Shown in pieces: positions 7,122 through 15,663 of a stretch of 24,930 nt of DNA (positions within the stretch are counted from its first letter, which is position 1; each line of letters opens with the position of its first letter). The notes below the pieces were generated by a model. That model saw only the letters and a list, made by a program, of their open reading frames with translations. It searched no databases and was not told where the DNA came from. Origin of the DNA: a virus. Lineage: Duplodnaviria; Caudoviricetes. The stretch spans positions 1-24,930 of IMG/VR virus record IMGVR_UViG_3300017747_004829; one strand, written 5' to 3'. Made by a program: the position numbers and the translations under genes.

Positions 7122-8456
7122 ATGGACAAAAAAATAGTAATAGTAGGAGCCGGAGTTGCTGGTGTAAATGCGGCTACAAAGTTAGTGGATAATGGATATC
7201 CTGGAGAATTGATTACAATAATTGATATGGGTAAAGATCCATATCAACGTTTACCTGAGGAAGTAATGACAGGTTTCTTAGGTGCTGGAGGTTGGTCTGA
7301 TGGTAAATTGACTTATCACACAGCAATTGGAGGTCAATTATCAAAATATACAGGTGAGGATAAAGCAATGGAATTGATGGATCAAGTAATTACCAATTTC
7401 AAACGTTTTCACCCTAAACCTGAAGAAGTCCAATGTTCAAATCCTGTTGAGGAACCTGAATTTATTAAACCATATTTTGGTTTACGCTTATTCCCAGTAT
7501 GGCACGTAGGTACAGATTATTTATCTGAAATTGCTAAAAATTGGTATGATTATTTAGTATCTAAAGGTGTACGATTTTATTGGGAAACTAAAGCAACTAA
7601 AATTGAATTTGATCCAAAATGGATGGATAAAAACCATAAAACAGGACTAGTTCATATTGAAGGAAAACAATTTGAACACCCAAGAAATGCAATAGAATAT
7701 GATGAACTTATCTTTGCAGTAGGTAAATCAGGCATTGACTTTGCTCAACAATTAGCAAACGAATACAAACTACCAGATGAACCCAAATCTGTTCAAATTG
7801 GTGTTCGATTTGAAGCACCACAAGAACACTTCCAAAAACTAATCGATATTTCATATGACTTTAAGTTATATAGAAAATTCGATGATGAAGGAGTATCATT
7901 ACGTTCATTCTGTACAAATAATAATGCTGCTTATGTTGCTGTAGAAGAAACATATGGAGATCACAGTTACAATGGTCATGCTAAAAAAGATGAAGCATAT
8001 AGAAACAACATGACTAACTTTGGTATTTTAATGGAAATTAATGGTATTGAAGATCCATTTGCTTGGTCACGTGATGTAGTAAGTAAATTACAATTCAATG
8101 GAACTGGTTTATATTATAGTCCATCTCGTACACCATCAACTACATCTGAGGGTAATGATGTAACGTCTTACCAAATTGAATTTTTAGATGGAGTAAGAGA
8201 AGTAATGGGTGGTTATTTTCAATATGTAGAGGATTTTATTGAGGATATGAAAAAAGTATTCCCTACACTTGGAGACGATTGGGGAATGTATATTCCTGAG
8301 GTAAAATATCTATCACCTGAGGTAAAAGTAGATTATAGTAATCTTAGTCTGATCGATTACCCTAACGTACATTTCGTAGGTGATGCTTTAAGTGCACGTG
8401 GTATTACAGTATCAGGAGCTCAAGCAATTTATGTAGCAGAAAATTTATTAAAATAA
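7122..8456 (+). CDS. FAD-dependent oxidoreductase (uncharacterised COG2509-like)
   Basis: Rossmann IVIVGAGVAG, GFLGAGGWSDGKL, AVGKSG, IGVRFE, RSFCTNN, C-terminal FVGD...RGITVSG. ATG at 7122 is preferred over TTG at 7116. Confidence 0.88.
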   Translation: MDKKIVIVGAGVAGVNAATKLVDNGYPGELITIIDMGKDPYQRLPEEVMTGFLGAGGWSDGKLTYHTAIGGQLSKYTGEDKAMELMDQVITNFKRFHPKPEEVQCSNPVEEPEFIKPYFGLRLFPVWHVGTDYLSEIAKNWYDYLVSKGVRFYWETKATKIEFDPKWMDKNHKTGLVHIEGKQFEHPRNAIEYDELIFAVGKSGIDFAQQLANEYKLPDEPKSVQIGVRFEAPQEHFQKLIDISYDFKLYRKFDDEGVSLRSFCTNNNAAYVAVEETYGDHSYNGHAKKDEAYRNNMTNFGILMEINGIEDPFAWSRDVVSKLQFNGTGLYYSPSRTPSTTSEGNDVTSYQIEFLDGVREVMGGYFQYVEDFIEDMKKVFPTLGDDWGMYIPEVKYLSPEVKVDYSNLSLIDYPNVHFVGDALSARGITVSGAQAIYVAENLLK

Positions 8457-8457
8457 T

Positions 8458-8988
8458 ATGAAAATAGGATTTACAGGAACAATGTCAGTTGGTAAAACAA
8501 CATTAGTTAACGCTTTAAGAGAATTACCCGAATTTGCACATCATACATTTGCAACAGAGCGTTCAAAATATTTACGTGATTTAGGTATACCATTAAATAC
8601 AGATTCAACAATTAAAGGTCAAGTAGTATTTTTAGCTGAACGTGCTAGTGAATTAATGTGTGAAAATGTTATAACTGATCGTACAATCATCGATGTTATG
8701 GCGTTTACTCGCTTAGCTAAATCAATTCCATATTATATGGGTGATGATTTTGAACAGTTGAGTTCGCATTTAATTCGTGAATATGATTACATATTTTATA
8801 TTTCACCTGAGGGTGTAGAATTAGAAGATAATGGTGTTCGTACTATTGATGAAAAATATCGAATGAATATAGATGCAGAAATTAAAAAAATCATCAATTC
8901 ATATAAATCTAAAATCAAAACGTACGTTGAATTATCTGGTACCACTGAGGAGAGAATACAGAAAATTAAACAAGTAATGTCCCTCTAA
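8458..8988 (+). CDS. P-loop nucleoside/nucleotide kinase-like protein (AAA_28 / NadR-like)
   Basis: IGFTGTMSVGKTT Walker A, ITDRTIID, YDYIFY, EDNGVR, LSGTTEER. Confidence 0.8.
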   Translation: MKIGFTGTMSVGKTTLVNALRELPEFAHHTFATERSKYLRDLGIPLNTDSTIKGQVVFLAERASELMCENVITDRTIIDVMAFTRLAKSIPYYMGDDFEQLSSHLIREYDYIFYISPEGVELEDNGVRTIDEKYRMNIDAEIKKIINSYKSKIKTYVELSGTTEERIQKIKQVMSL

Positions 8989-8995
8989 TATTTAT
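8986..8995 (+). promoter_or_regulatory. Putative late promoter motif TAATATTTAT
   Basis: Exact 10-mer 14 nt upstream of ATG 9010, where structural-type genes resume. Confidence 0.65.
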
Positions 8996-9009
8996 CAATA
9001 AACTATAAA

Positions 9010-9999
9010 ATGAAACAAACTCGTTTACTTGAAATCATACGTGAAGAAATTGCTAGCGCTTTAGGTGAAATAACAGTGGTTGATAAAAAAACCGATGCAA
9101 CCGAAGCCCCAGAAATTGCTAAAAAAGAAGAAAAAGATCTTTCTACAGTACAAAATGCTATTAAAACAGCTAAAACTACTGGTAAACCTATATCGATTGC
9201 TGAAGAAGAACCATTAAACGAAAGACCATTCATCGATAGTGCTTTTGACATTACAGGAACTTCCCCAGAAGATTTAAATCAAGATTCATTACAAAATGCT
9301 ATTGATGATGCTGTTGTAGTTCTTCAACAAGAAAACCCAGATGCTGATGTGAAAAAATTAGCAGGTGAATTACAAAAAGTAAATTCTGCTAAAAACCTAG
9401 GCCCTAACTCTAAATTATCCCCAGAATTAAAAGGTGCATTACAAAAAGTAGCAGATATTATTGAGAAACAAGGACAAATTTTTGGATCTCCTGCTAAAAT
9501 AAATGATTTAATGAAATTAGCTAAAGATCCATCTCAAGTAGATCGTTTAGAAAAATTAAAAAGTAAAGGATATACATTTATTTTAGGTAATCCTCAAGCA
9601 GTAACAGCAATTGAAAAAGCACTAGGTTTAAAACCTAAAAATAATGATTCTTTATTAGCAGATAAATCTAAAACAGAAAAATCTGCAGCAGAAAAAACTC
9701 CTAAAGCCGCAGTAGCTCCTAAAGCAAAAGCAGCTATGGTTCCTAAAGCAGAACCTATAGATGATGAAGATAAAGAAGCAACACAAAATATAGGTAGCGA
9801 TTCAACAGCAAAAGAATTAGGTAATTTAGCCACAGGTAAAGAAGCAACATTCAACAGAATTTTAGGCTTAGTTACAAAATATAAAGATGATAAAGCTAAA
9901 GTTGATGCTTTTATTTCCAAAGCTGAAAACGAATATAAGCTCCCAGTTTCATTATTGAACCAATTAAAACTTACTGCTGGTAGAAAAGTAAAAGCATAA
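9010..9999 (+). CDS. Putative internal head protein (Lys/Ala/Glu-rich) with LLEIIREEI leader
   Basis: Leader, LGE/LNE sites and a PKAA-type low-complexity segment. Confidence 0.7.
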   Translation: MKQTRLLEIIREEIASALGEITVVDKKTDATEAPEIAKKEEKDLSTVQNAIKTAKTTGKPISIAEEEPLNERPFIDSAFDITGTSPEDLNQDSLQNAIDDAVVVLQQENPDADVKKLAGELQKVNSAKNLGPNSKLSPELKGALQKVADIIEKQGQIFGSPAKINDLMKLAKDPSQVDRLEKLKSKGYTFILGNPQAVTAIEKALGLKPKNNDSLLADKSKTEKSAAEKTPKAAVAPKAKAAMVPKAEPIDDEDKEATQNIGSDSTAKELGNLATGKEATFNRILGLVTKYKDDKAKVDAFISKAENEYKLPVSLLNQLKLTAGRKVKA

Positions 10000-10355
10000 T
10001 GAAAAATAAAACATTTCAATTAAAGTTATCCCATCTTATCATAGGTGGGATAATTTTGTTGTTAGTTATATTTCTTGTTAAATGTAACCCAACACAAGAT
10101 ATTCCAAACAACTACGATAAACAAAAACGTGAAATAGATAGTCTTGGAAATATCATCAATGGGTTAAAAGAGGATCAAATTAAATTAAACGAAAGTTTAA
10201 CAGCACAATATGCTAAAGTTGATTCATTAAATAAAGAAATAACAACAACAGAAAAAGAACTAACTCAAACACGTGCATATTATGGCAACAAAATTAAAGA
10301 CATTACTAGTTCTTCTCCTGCTGAGCTTAACGAGTTTTTCACAGAAAGATACTAG
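9999..10355 (+). CDS. Membrane-anchored coiled-coil protein (spanin-like component; possible lipoprotein)
   Basis: N-terminal hydrophobic stretch ending LVKC, then a heptad-rich coiled coil; 3' end overlaps the next gene in another frame. Confidence 0.6.
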   Translation: MKNKTFQLKLSHLIIGGIILLLVIFLVKCNPTQDIPNNYDKQKREIDSLGNIINGLKEDQIKLNESLTAQYAKVDSLNKEITTTEKELTQTRAYYGNKIKDITSSSPAELNEFFTERY

Positions 10356-10710
10356 TAAAATATGTTTCCCATATTCTACAGCTAAAAAAATAGCAATAGA
10401 TTTAATTAAGGGTGATTCAGCAATAGCTGAGCTAAAAGTAGTCAATAAATTAGTTTGGCAACTAAACGAAAAAATTGATACACAAGATAGCATCATTAAG
10501 TTATATGTAGTAAAAGAACAAAACTACATTTCTCAAATAGACAATTACGATAAAATACTTGTTAAAAAAGACGAAATCATCACCGGTTTAGAAGGTGATG
10601 TAGCTACATTGTCTCGTAAAAATAATCGACTTAAAAAAGGAATTAAATGGCTTGGAGGGGGATTCGTGGCCTCTATACTTACTATTATTACATTGATAGC
10701 AATTAAATAA
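10282..10710 (+). CDS. Signal peptide, coiled coil and C-terminal TM protein (spanin-like component)
   Basis: MATKLKTLLVLLLLSLTSFS-Q signal peptide, coiled coil, C-terminal WLGGGFVASILTIITLIAIK. ATG 10282 is preferred over GTG 10273. Confidence 0.6.
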   Translation: MATKLKTLLVLLLLSLTSFSQKDTSKICFPYSTAKKIAIDLIKGDSAIAELKVVNKLVWQLNEKIDTQDSIIKLYVVKEQNYISQIDNYDKILVKKDEIITGLEGDVATLSRKNNRLKKGIKWLGGGFVASILTIITLIAIK

Positions 10711-12311
10711 TGGAAGAAAGAAATTTAAAACAGATAATCCGAGAGGAATATGTAAAGTGTGCCCAATCACCGGCTTACTTTATGAAAAAATATTGCTACA
10801 TCCAGCACCCAAAACGCGGACGTATTCAATTTAATCTGTACCCGTTTCAAGAAAAGGTTTTAACACTATTCCAAGAAAATCCTTACTCAATAGTACTTAA
10901 ATCTAGACAGTTAGGTATATCAACATTAGCCGCTGGTTATTCACTTTGGTTGATGTTATTCCATGAAGATAAAAACGTGCTATGTATCGCAACTAAACAG
11001 GAAACCGCTAAAAACATGGTTACCAAGGTTAAGTTTATGTACAACAGCTTACCTTCATGGTTAAAAGAAAAAGATAAACCCGCCGAGGAAAGTAAATTAA
11101 CTTTACGTTTAAATAACGGTTCACAAATTAAAGCCACTTCAGCATCAAGTGATGCAGGTCGTTCAGAAGCCGTTACTTTGCTAATAATCGATGAGGCTGC
11201 CTTCATTCATAGTATTGGTGAGATTTGGGCATCAGCTCAACAAACCTTAGCTACGGGAGGGGGCTGTATAGCATTATCTACACCTTATGGTACAGGTAAC
11301 TGGTTCCACCAAACATGGGTTAATGCAGAAATGGGTGAGAATAGTTTCTTACCAATTAGATTACCTTGGGAAGTTCACCCTGAACGAGACCAAACCTGGA
11401 GAGACCAACAAGATAAAGATTTAGGTGTAAGAATGGCAGCACAAGAATGTGACTGTGACTTTACTACTTCTGGTGATACAGTATTCCAACCAGAGGATAT
11501 TGTATTCTATGAACAATTCCATGTAAGAGAACCATTAGAAAAACGTGGTACTGATCAAAACCTATGGATATGGGAACCAGCAGATTATTCAAGAAATTAT
11601 TTAATTGTAGCTGATGTTGCTCGTGGTGATGGTAAAGATTATTCTGCGTTTCATATTTTTGATGTTGAATCATTTACCCAAGTTGGTGAATTTAAAGGAC
11701 AATTAAATACAAAAGATTACGGACATTTACTAGTTAGTATTGCTACCGAATATAATAATGCTCTATTAGCGGTTGAAAATTCAAGTATTGGATGGTCAAC
11801 AGTTCAAACCATTTTAGATAGAGGATATCAAAATTTCTATTATTCACCAAAAGGTGGAGTTAATAATGTAGATTCTTTCTTTGATCCGTTTATGGATACA
11901 AGTAAAATGACACCTGGATTTACTATGTCTACAGGTACTCGTCCCATATCAATTGGTAAATTCCAAGAAGCTGTTATGGATAAAGGAGTTGTTTTTCACT
12001 CTGTTCGATTATTGGAAGAAATGAAGGTATTTATATGGAGAAATGGTAGAGCAGAAGCCCAATCAGGCTATAATGATGATTTAACTATGGCATTCTCCAT
12101 TGGTTGTTATTTACGTGATACCGCTTTTAAATTAAGACAAAATAGTATGGATATGACTAAAAGCATGCTTAATGGTATTTCTTCTAATACTTCAAAATAT
12201 TCCGGTGGATATTCAACTGGAATTTCGTATGCTGACCAATATAATAACAATCCATATAAAATAGATAACCCTTACTCAAATGGTCAAGAAGATATTTCTT
12301 GGCTTTTATAA
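10710..12311 (+). CDS. terL: Terminase large subunit (T4 gp17-like)
   Basis: FNLYPFQ adenine-binding motif, KSRQLGIST Walker A, LLIIDEAAF Walker B, LSTP coupling motif, ADVARGDGKDYS and NDDLTMA RNase H nuclease motifs. Confidence 0.96.
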   Translation: MEERNLKQIIREEYVKCAQSPAYFMKKYCYIQHPKRGRIQFNLYPFQEKVLTLFQENPYSIVLKSRQLGISTLAAGYSLWLMLFHEDKNVLCIATKQETAKNMVTKVKFMYNSLPSWLKEKDKPAEESKLTLRLNNGSQIKATSASSDAGRSEAVTLLIIDEAAFIHSIGEIWASAQQTLATGGGCIALSTPYGTGNWFHQTWVNAEMGENSFLPIRLPWEVHPERDQTWRDQQDKDLGVRMAAQECDCDFTTSGDTVFQPEDIVFYEQFHVREPLEKRGTDQNLWIWEPADYSRNYLIVADVARGDGKDYSAFHIFDVESFTQVGEFKGQLNTKDYGHLLVSIATEYNNALLAVENSSIGWSTVQTILDRGYQNFYYSPKGGVNNVDSFFDPFMDTSKMTPGFTMSTGTRPISIGKFQEAVMDKGVVFHSVRLLEEMKVFIWRNGRAEAQSGYNDDLTMAFSIGCYLRDTAFKLRQNSMDMTKSMLNGISSNTSKYSGGYSTGISYADQYNNNPYKIDNPYSNGQEDISWLL

Positions 12312-12320
12312 AAAACAAAA

Positions 12321-14219
12321 ATGGCAAATACAGGACTATTCTCAAGACTACAAAGATTATTTTCAACTGATGTAATCATCCGAAATGAAGGAGGAACACA
12401 ATTGAAAGTAATGGATGTTAATAAAATCCAAGTTTCAGGTGAGTATGAAACAAATGCACTTGTAGATAGATTTAATAGAATCTATACTAATTCACACACA
12501 TCCATTTATGGATACCAAAGTAGCTTTAACTACCAAACACTCCGCCCTACCCTATACTCAGAATATGATGCAATGGATACAGATGCAATTGTTGCTTCTG
12601 CATTAGATATTATAGCTGATGAAAGTACATTACGTAATGATATGGGAGAGGTATTACAAATTCGCTCATCAGACGAGGATGTACAAAAAATCCTATACAA
12701 TTTATTCTATGATGTATTAAATATAGAATTTAATTTATGGCCTTGGATTCGTAATATGTTGAAATATGGTGATTTCTTCTTAAAATTAGAAATTGCTGAA
12801 AAATTTGGTGTATATAATGTAATTCCTTACAATGCATTTCATATCGAAAGACAAGACGGATATGATAAAGATCACCCGGCTTCTGTAAGATTTAGATTCG
12901 ACCCCGATGGTATTTCATCTCCTTCAGATTATGGTTACTATAATGTACCTAATTCAGGTGGACAAGGTAATTCAATTTATTTTGACAACTATGAAATGTC
13001 GCATTTCCGTTTATTAACGGATACTAACTTCTTACCTTACGGTAGATCTTATTTAGAACCAGGACGTAAATTGTTTAAACAATATACGATGATGGAAGAT
13101 GCGATGTTGATTCATAGAATTGTTCGTGCGCCTGAAAAACGTATATTCTACATTAATGTTGGTAATATTGCTCCTGCTGAGGTAGAAAACTTCATGCAGA
13201 AAACAATTTCCAAAATGAAACGTACTCCATATATTGATCAACAAACTGGTGATTATAACTTGAAGTACAATATGCAAAACTTACTTGAGGATTTCTATAT
13301 CCCGGTTCGTGGAAATGATCAAGCAACTAAAATCGATAACTTAGGTGGTTTACAATATGATGGAATCCAGGATGTTGAATACTTAAGAGATAAATTATTT
13401 GCTGCCCTTAAGGTGCCTAAAGCGTTTATGGGTTATGAAAAAGATTTAACAGGTAAAGCTACATTAGCTGCTGAAGATATCCGATTCGCACGTACAATTG
13501 AACGTATTCAACGTATTGTAGTATCTGAATTAACTAAAATTGCATTGGTTCATTTATATGCTCAAGGTTATACAGATGAATCATTAACAAACTTCGAATT
13601 ATCTTTAACAACACCTTCAATCATTTATGATCAAGAAAGAATTGCGTTGATGAAAGAAAAAGTTGATTTAGCTGCTCAAATGATGGAAAATAAGTTACTT
13701 CCAACTGATTGGATTTATGAGAACTTATTCCACTTGAGTGAAGATCAATATGATGAATATAGAAACTTGCTTGCTGAAGATGCTAAACGTAAATTCCGTA
13801 TGGCTCAAATTGAGAACGAAGGTAATGATCCACTTGAAACAGGTAAATCATATGGTACACCACATGACTTGGCTGCTCTATATGGTAGAGGTAGATACGA
13901 TGCTGGTGAGGTACCTGTTGGATATGATGAAGATCCTGAATTAGGAAGACCTGAAGAAAAAGTAACTAATAGAGGTACTCAAGATAATGCTTTAGGTAAA
14001 GATAGAATTGGAGCTGTAGGTATGAAAAAAGATGGAGACGAATCGGATTCAACAAAACCTAAATTTCAAGGTGGTTCTCCTCTAGCATTAGAGACAAAAA
14101 ATAGACGAAACCCTAACTCGAAAATGTTTAATGATATCAAAAATCAGAAAAAACAAATGATATTTGAATCAGATATTAAAGGGAATTCACTATTAGATGA
14201 GTCACAAATACGAGAGTAA
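12321..14219 (+). CDS. gp20: Portal protein (T4 gp20-like)
   Basis: EDAMLIHRIVRAPEKRIFYINVGN, LEDFYIPVRG, LFAALKVPK, EDIRFAR; directly follows terL. Confidence 0.95.
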   Translation: MANTGLFSRLQRLFSTDVIIRNEGGTQLKVMDVNKIQVSGEYETNALVDRFNRIYTNSHTSIYGYQSSFNYQTLRPTLYSEYDAMDTDAIVASALDIIADESTLRNDMGEVLQIRSSDEDVQKILYNLFYDVLNIEFNLWPWIRNMLKYGDFFLKLEIAEKFGVYNVIPYNAFHIERQDGYDKDHPASVRFRFDPDGISSPSDYGYYNVPNSGGQGNSIYFDNYEMSHFRLLTDTNFLPYGRSYLEPGRKLFKQYTMMEDAMLIHRIVRAPEKRIFYINVGNIAPAEVENFMQKTISKMKRTPYIDQQTGDYNLKYNMQNLLEDFYIPVRGNDQATKIDNLGGLQYDGIQDVEYLRDKLFAALKVPKAFMGYEKDLTGKATLAAEDIRFARTIERIQRIVVSELTKIALVHLYAQGYTDESLTNFELSLTTPSIIYDQERIALMKEKVDLAAQMMENKLLPTDWIYENLFHLSEDQYDEYRNLLAEDAKRKFRMAQIENEGNDPLETGKSYGTPHDLAALYGRGRYDAGEVPVGYDEDPELGRPEEKVTNRGTQDNALGKDRIGAVGMKKDGDESDSTKPKFQGGSPLALETKNRRNPNSKMFNDIKNQKKQMIFESDIKGNSLLDESQIRE

Positions 14220-14230
14220 GAAAATTTCAT

Positions 14231-14243
14231 ATATTTATAAATA
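14231..14243 (+). promoter_or_regulatory. Putative late promoter (ATATTTAT within palindrome TATTTATAAATA)
   Basis: Intergenic, upstream of ATG 14259; contains both the shared motif core and the T4 late consensus TATAAATA. Confidence 0.65.
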
Positions 14244-14258
14244 AACAAATATAACAGA

Positions 14259-15116
14259 ATGCAAGTTAAACATTCAAAGTATAAAAATACGGGTATACTC
14301 TTTGAACTTTTAGTTCGACAAATTACCACTGACACTTTAGATGGTAAAGATTCCCCGGCTAAGGATATACTTAAAAAATATTTCGTTAAAACGGAATTGG
14401 GTCGTGAGTACAAGTTATATGAAACCCTTTTAAAGAAAACATCGTTAACTGAAACTAAAGCAAATATTGTTGTTAGTACATTAACTGATTCCTCACTTAC
14501 ATTAAATAGAGGTGTTATTAAAAGACAAAAATATAATTTAATTAGTGAAATTCAAAAGAATTATGATTTAAACGAATTTTTTAATCATAAACTTCCTAAC
14601 TATAAAGTATTTGCTGCGTTCTATACATTATTAGAAATTACTAATACTCCACAAGCTGTAAACCCAGTACAAACCATTAACAATAAAGTTACTATTCTAG
14701 AGCATTTAACTGCTGCTCAAATTAAAGAAAGTAAAGTGCGTGATGAGGTAATGGATGAATTTTCTAAAGCAGATAAAGATGTGCGTTTTATTGCATATAA
14801 AATGCTTTTAGAATCATTCAATACAAAATATGATAATTTCCATCCCAACCAAAAACTAATCCTTAAAGAATTTATTACCTCAGTTGATAATACTCCTCGT
14901 TTGAAAGAGTTTTATACAAATAAAGTAATTGAAATTAAAGAAGAGCTAACTTCATTAAACGCTAAAACTAAAAATGAAGTAACAAAAATAAAAATCAATG
15001 AAATTATCTCTATGATTACCCCACCTGCTAAAAACACTAAGGTAACAGATAATGATTTAGTTGACTTGTTACAATATTACGATTTAATTAACGAGTTAGA
15101 AACAGTAAATGGATAA
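14259..15116 (+). CDS. Hypothetical helical protein in the head module
   Basis: Long ORF between portal and protease with its own promoter motif; no recognisable catalytic motif. Confidence 0.8.
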   Translation: MQVKHSKYKNTGILFELLVRQITTDTLDGKDSPAKDILKKYFVKTELGREYKLYETLLKKTSLTETKANIVVSTLTDSSLTLNRGVIKRQKYNLISEIQKNYDLNEFFNHKLPNYKVFAAFYTLLEITNTPQAVNPVQTINNKVTILEHLTAAQIKESKVRDEVMDEFSKADKDVRFIAYKMLLESFNTKYDNFHPNQKLILKEFITSVDNTPRLKEFYTNKVIEIKEELTSLNAKTKNEVTKIKINEIISMITPPAKNTKVTDNDLVDLLQYYDLINELETVNG

Positions 15117-15663
15117 GCTTAAAGAAATAATTAGAGCAAAAATCAAAGAAATGAGCGCTACCGGACAAGGTGGTGCCTCTTTTTCTGCTGGTCAAGGTGA
15201 AGGTTATACTGTTCCATCTGCATTTAATAAAAATAAAAACGCAAACGGAACTTCTGATAAGTATTACTATAAACTAGGATATAAACTAGTTAAAGAAATA
15301 GACCCAGGGGCAACATTAGGGCCAGGACCAAAAGCTGGACCTGAAGGAGTTAAAGATAATTATTATGTTAAAGCATTTAATTATAAACTTGTTCCTAATA
15401 AAATTAAAGGATCTGGATTACCAGTTAAAAAACTTTGGGAAGAAGATACATTGAATGAAGTAAATGAATTTCAACAAAAACGTTTAGATGGTTTAGATGA
15501 AATTGAAAAACTATTAAATGATATTTCCCCATTAGTTTCTAACGCAAAAAATGAAACAATTGAATTATATAGCGGAAACGCAGGTTCATATGATATAACA
15601 CAACCCATTGAAATGGTATTAAGTTACCTAAGAGATGTAAAACAACTATTAACAGAAAAATAA
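15109..15663 (+). CDS. Putative prohead core / internal head protein
   Basis: LKEIIRAKIKE leader; repeated D.YY....YKLV motif; VKE/LWE/LNE sites. Confidence 0.7.
   Translation: MDKLKEIIRAKIKEMSATGQGGASFSAGQGEGYTVPSAFNKNKNANGTSDKYYYKLGYKLVKEIDPGATLGPGPKAGPEGVKDNYYVKAFNYKLVPNKIKGSGLPVKKLWEEDTLNEVNEFQQKRLDGLDEIEKLLNDISPLVSNAKNETIELYSGNAGSYDITQPIEMVLSYLRDVKQLLTEK

Noticed and set aside
8295-8327. Direct repeat CCTGAGGTAAAA x2 (PEVK-YLS-PEVK) in the oxidoreductase
   Set aside because: Short, in-frame and explained by the repeated peptide; no evidence of a regulatory or mobile role.
10353-10358. Only TAG stop among the called genes, raising possible amber recoding as in some Bacteroidota phages
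   Set aside because: TAG is followed immediately by TAA, and all long conserved genes are intact under code 11.
10710-10760. TerL N-terminus LKQIIREEY matches the cargo-leader motif
   Set aside because: It runs into the EYVKC...PAYF helix typical of gp17-like terminases, so it may be coincidental. It is not counted as cargo and is a caveat on motif specificity.
13738-13944. 68-aa + strand alternative-frame ORF inside the portal gene
   Set aside because: Fully nested, with no initiation signal or recognisable motif.
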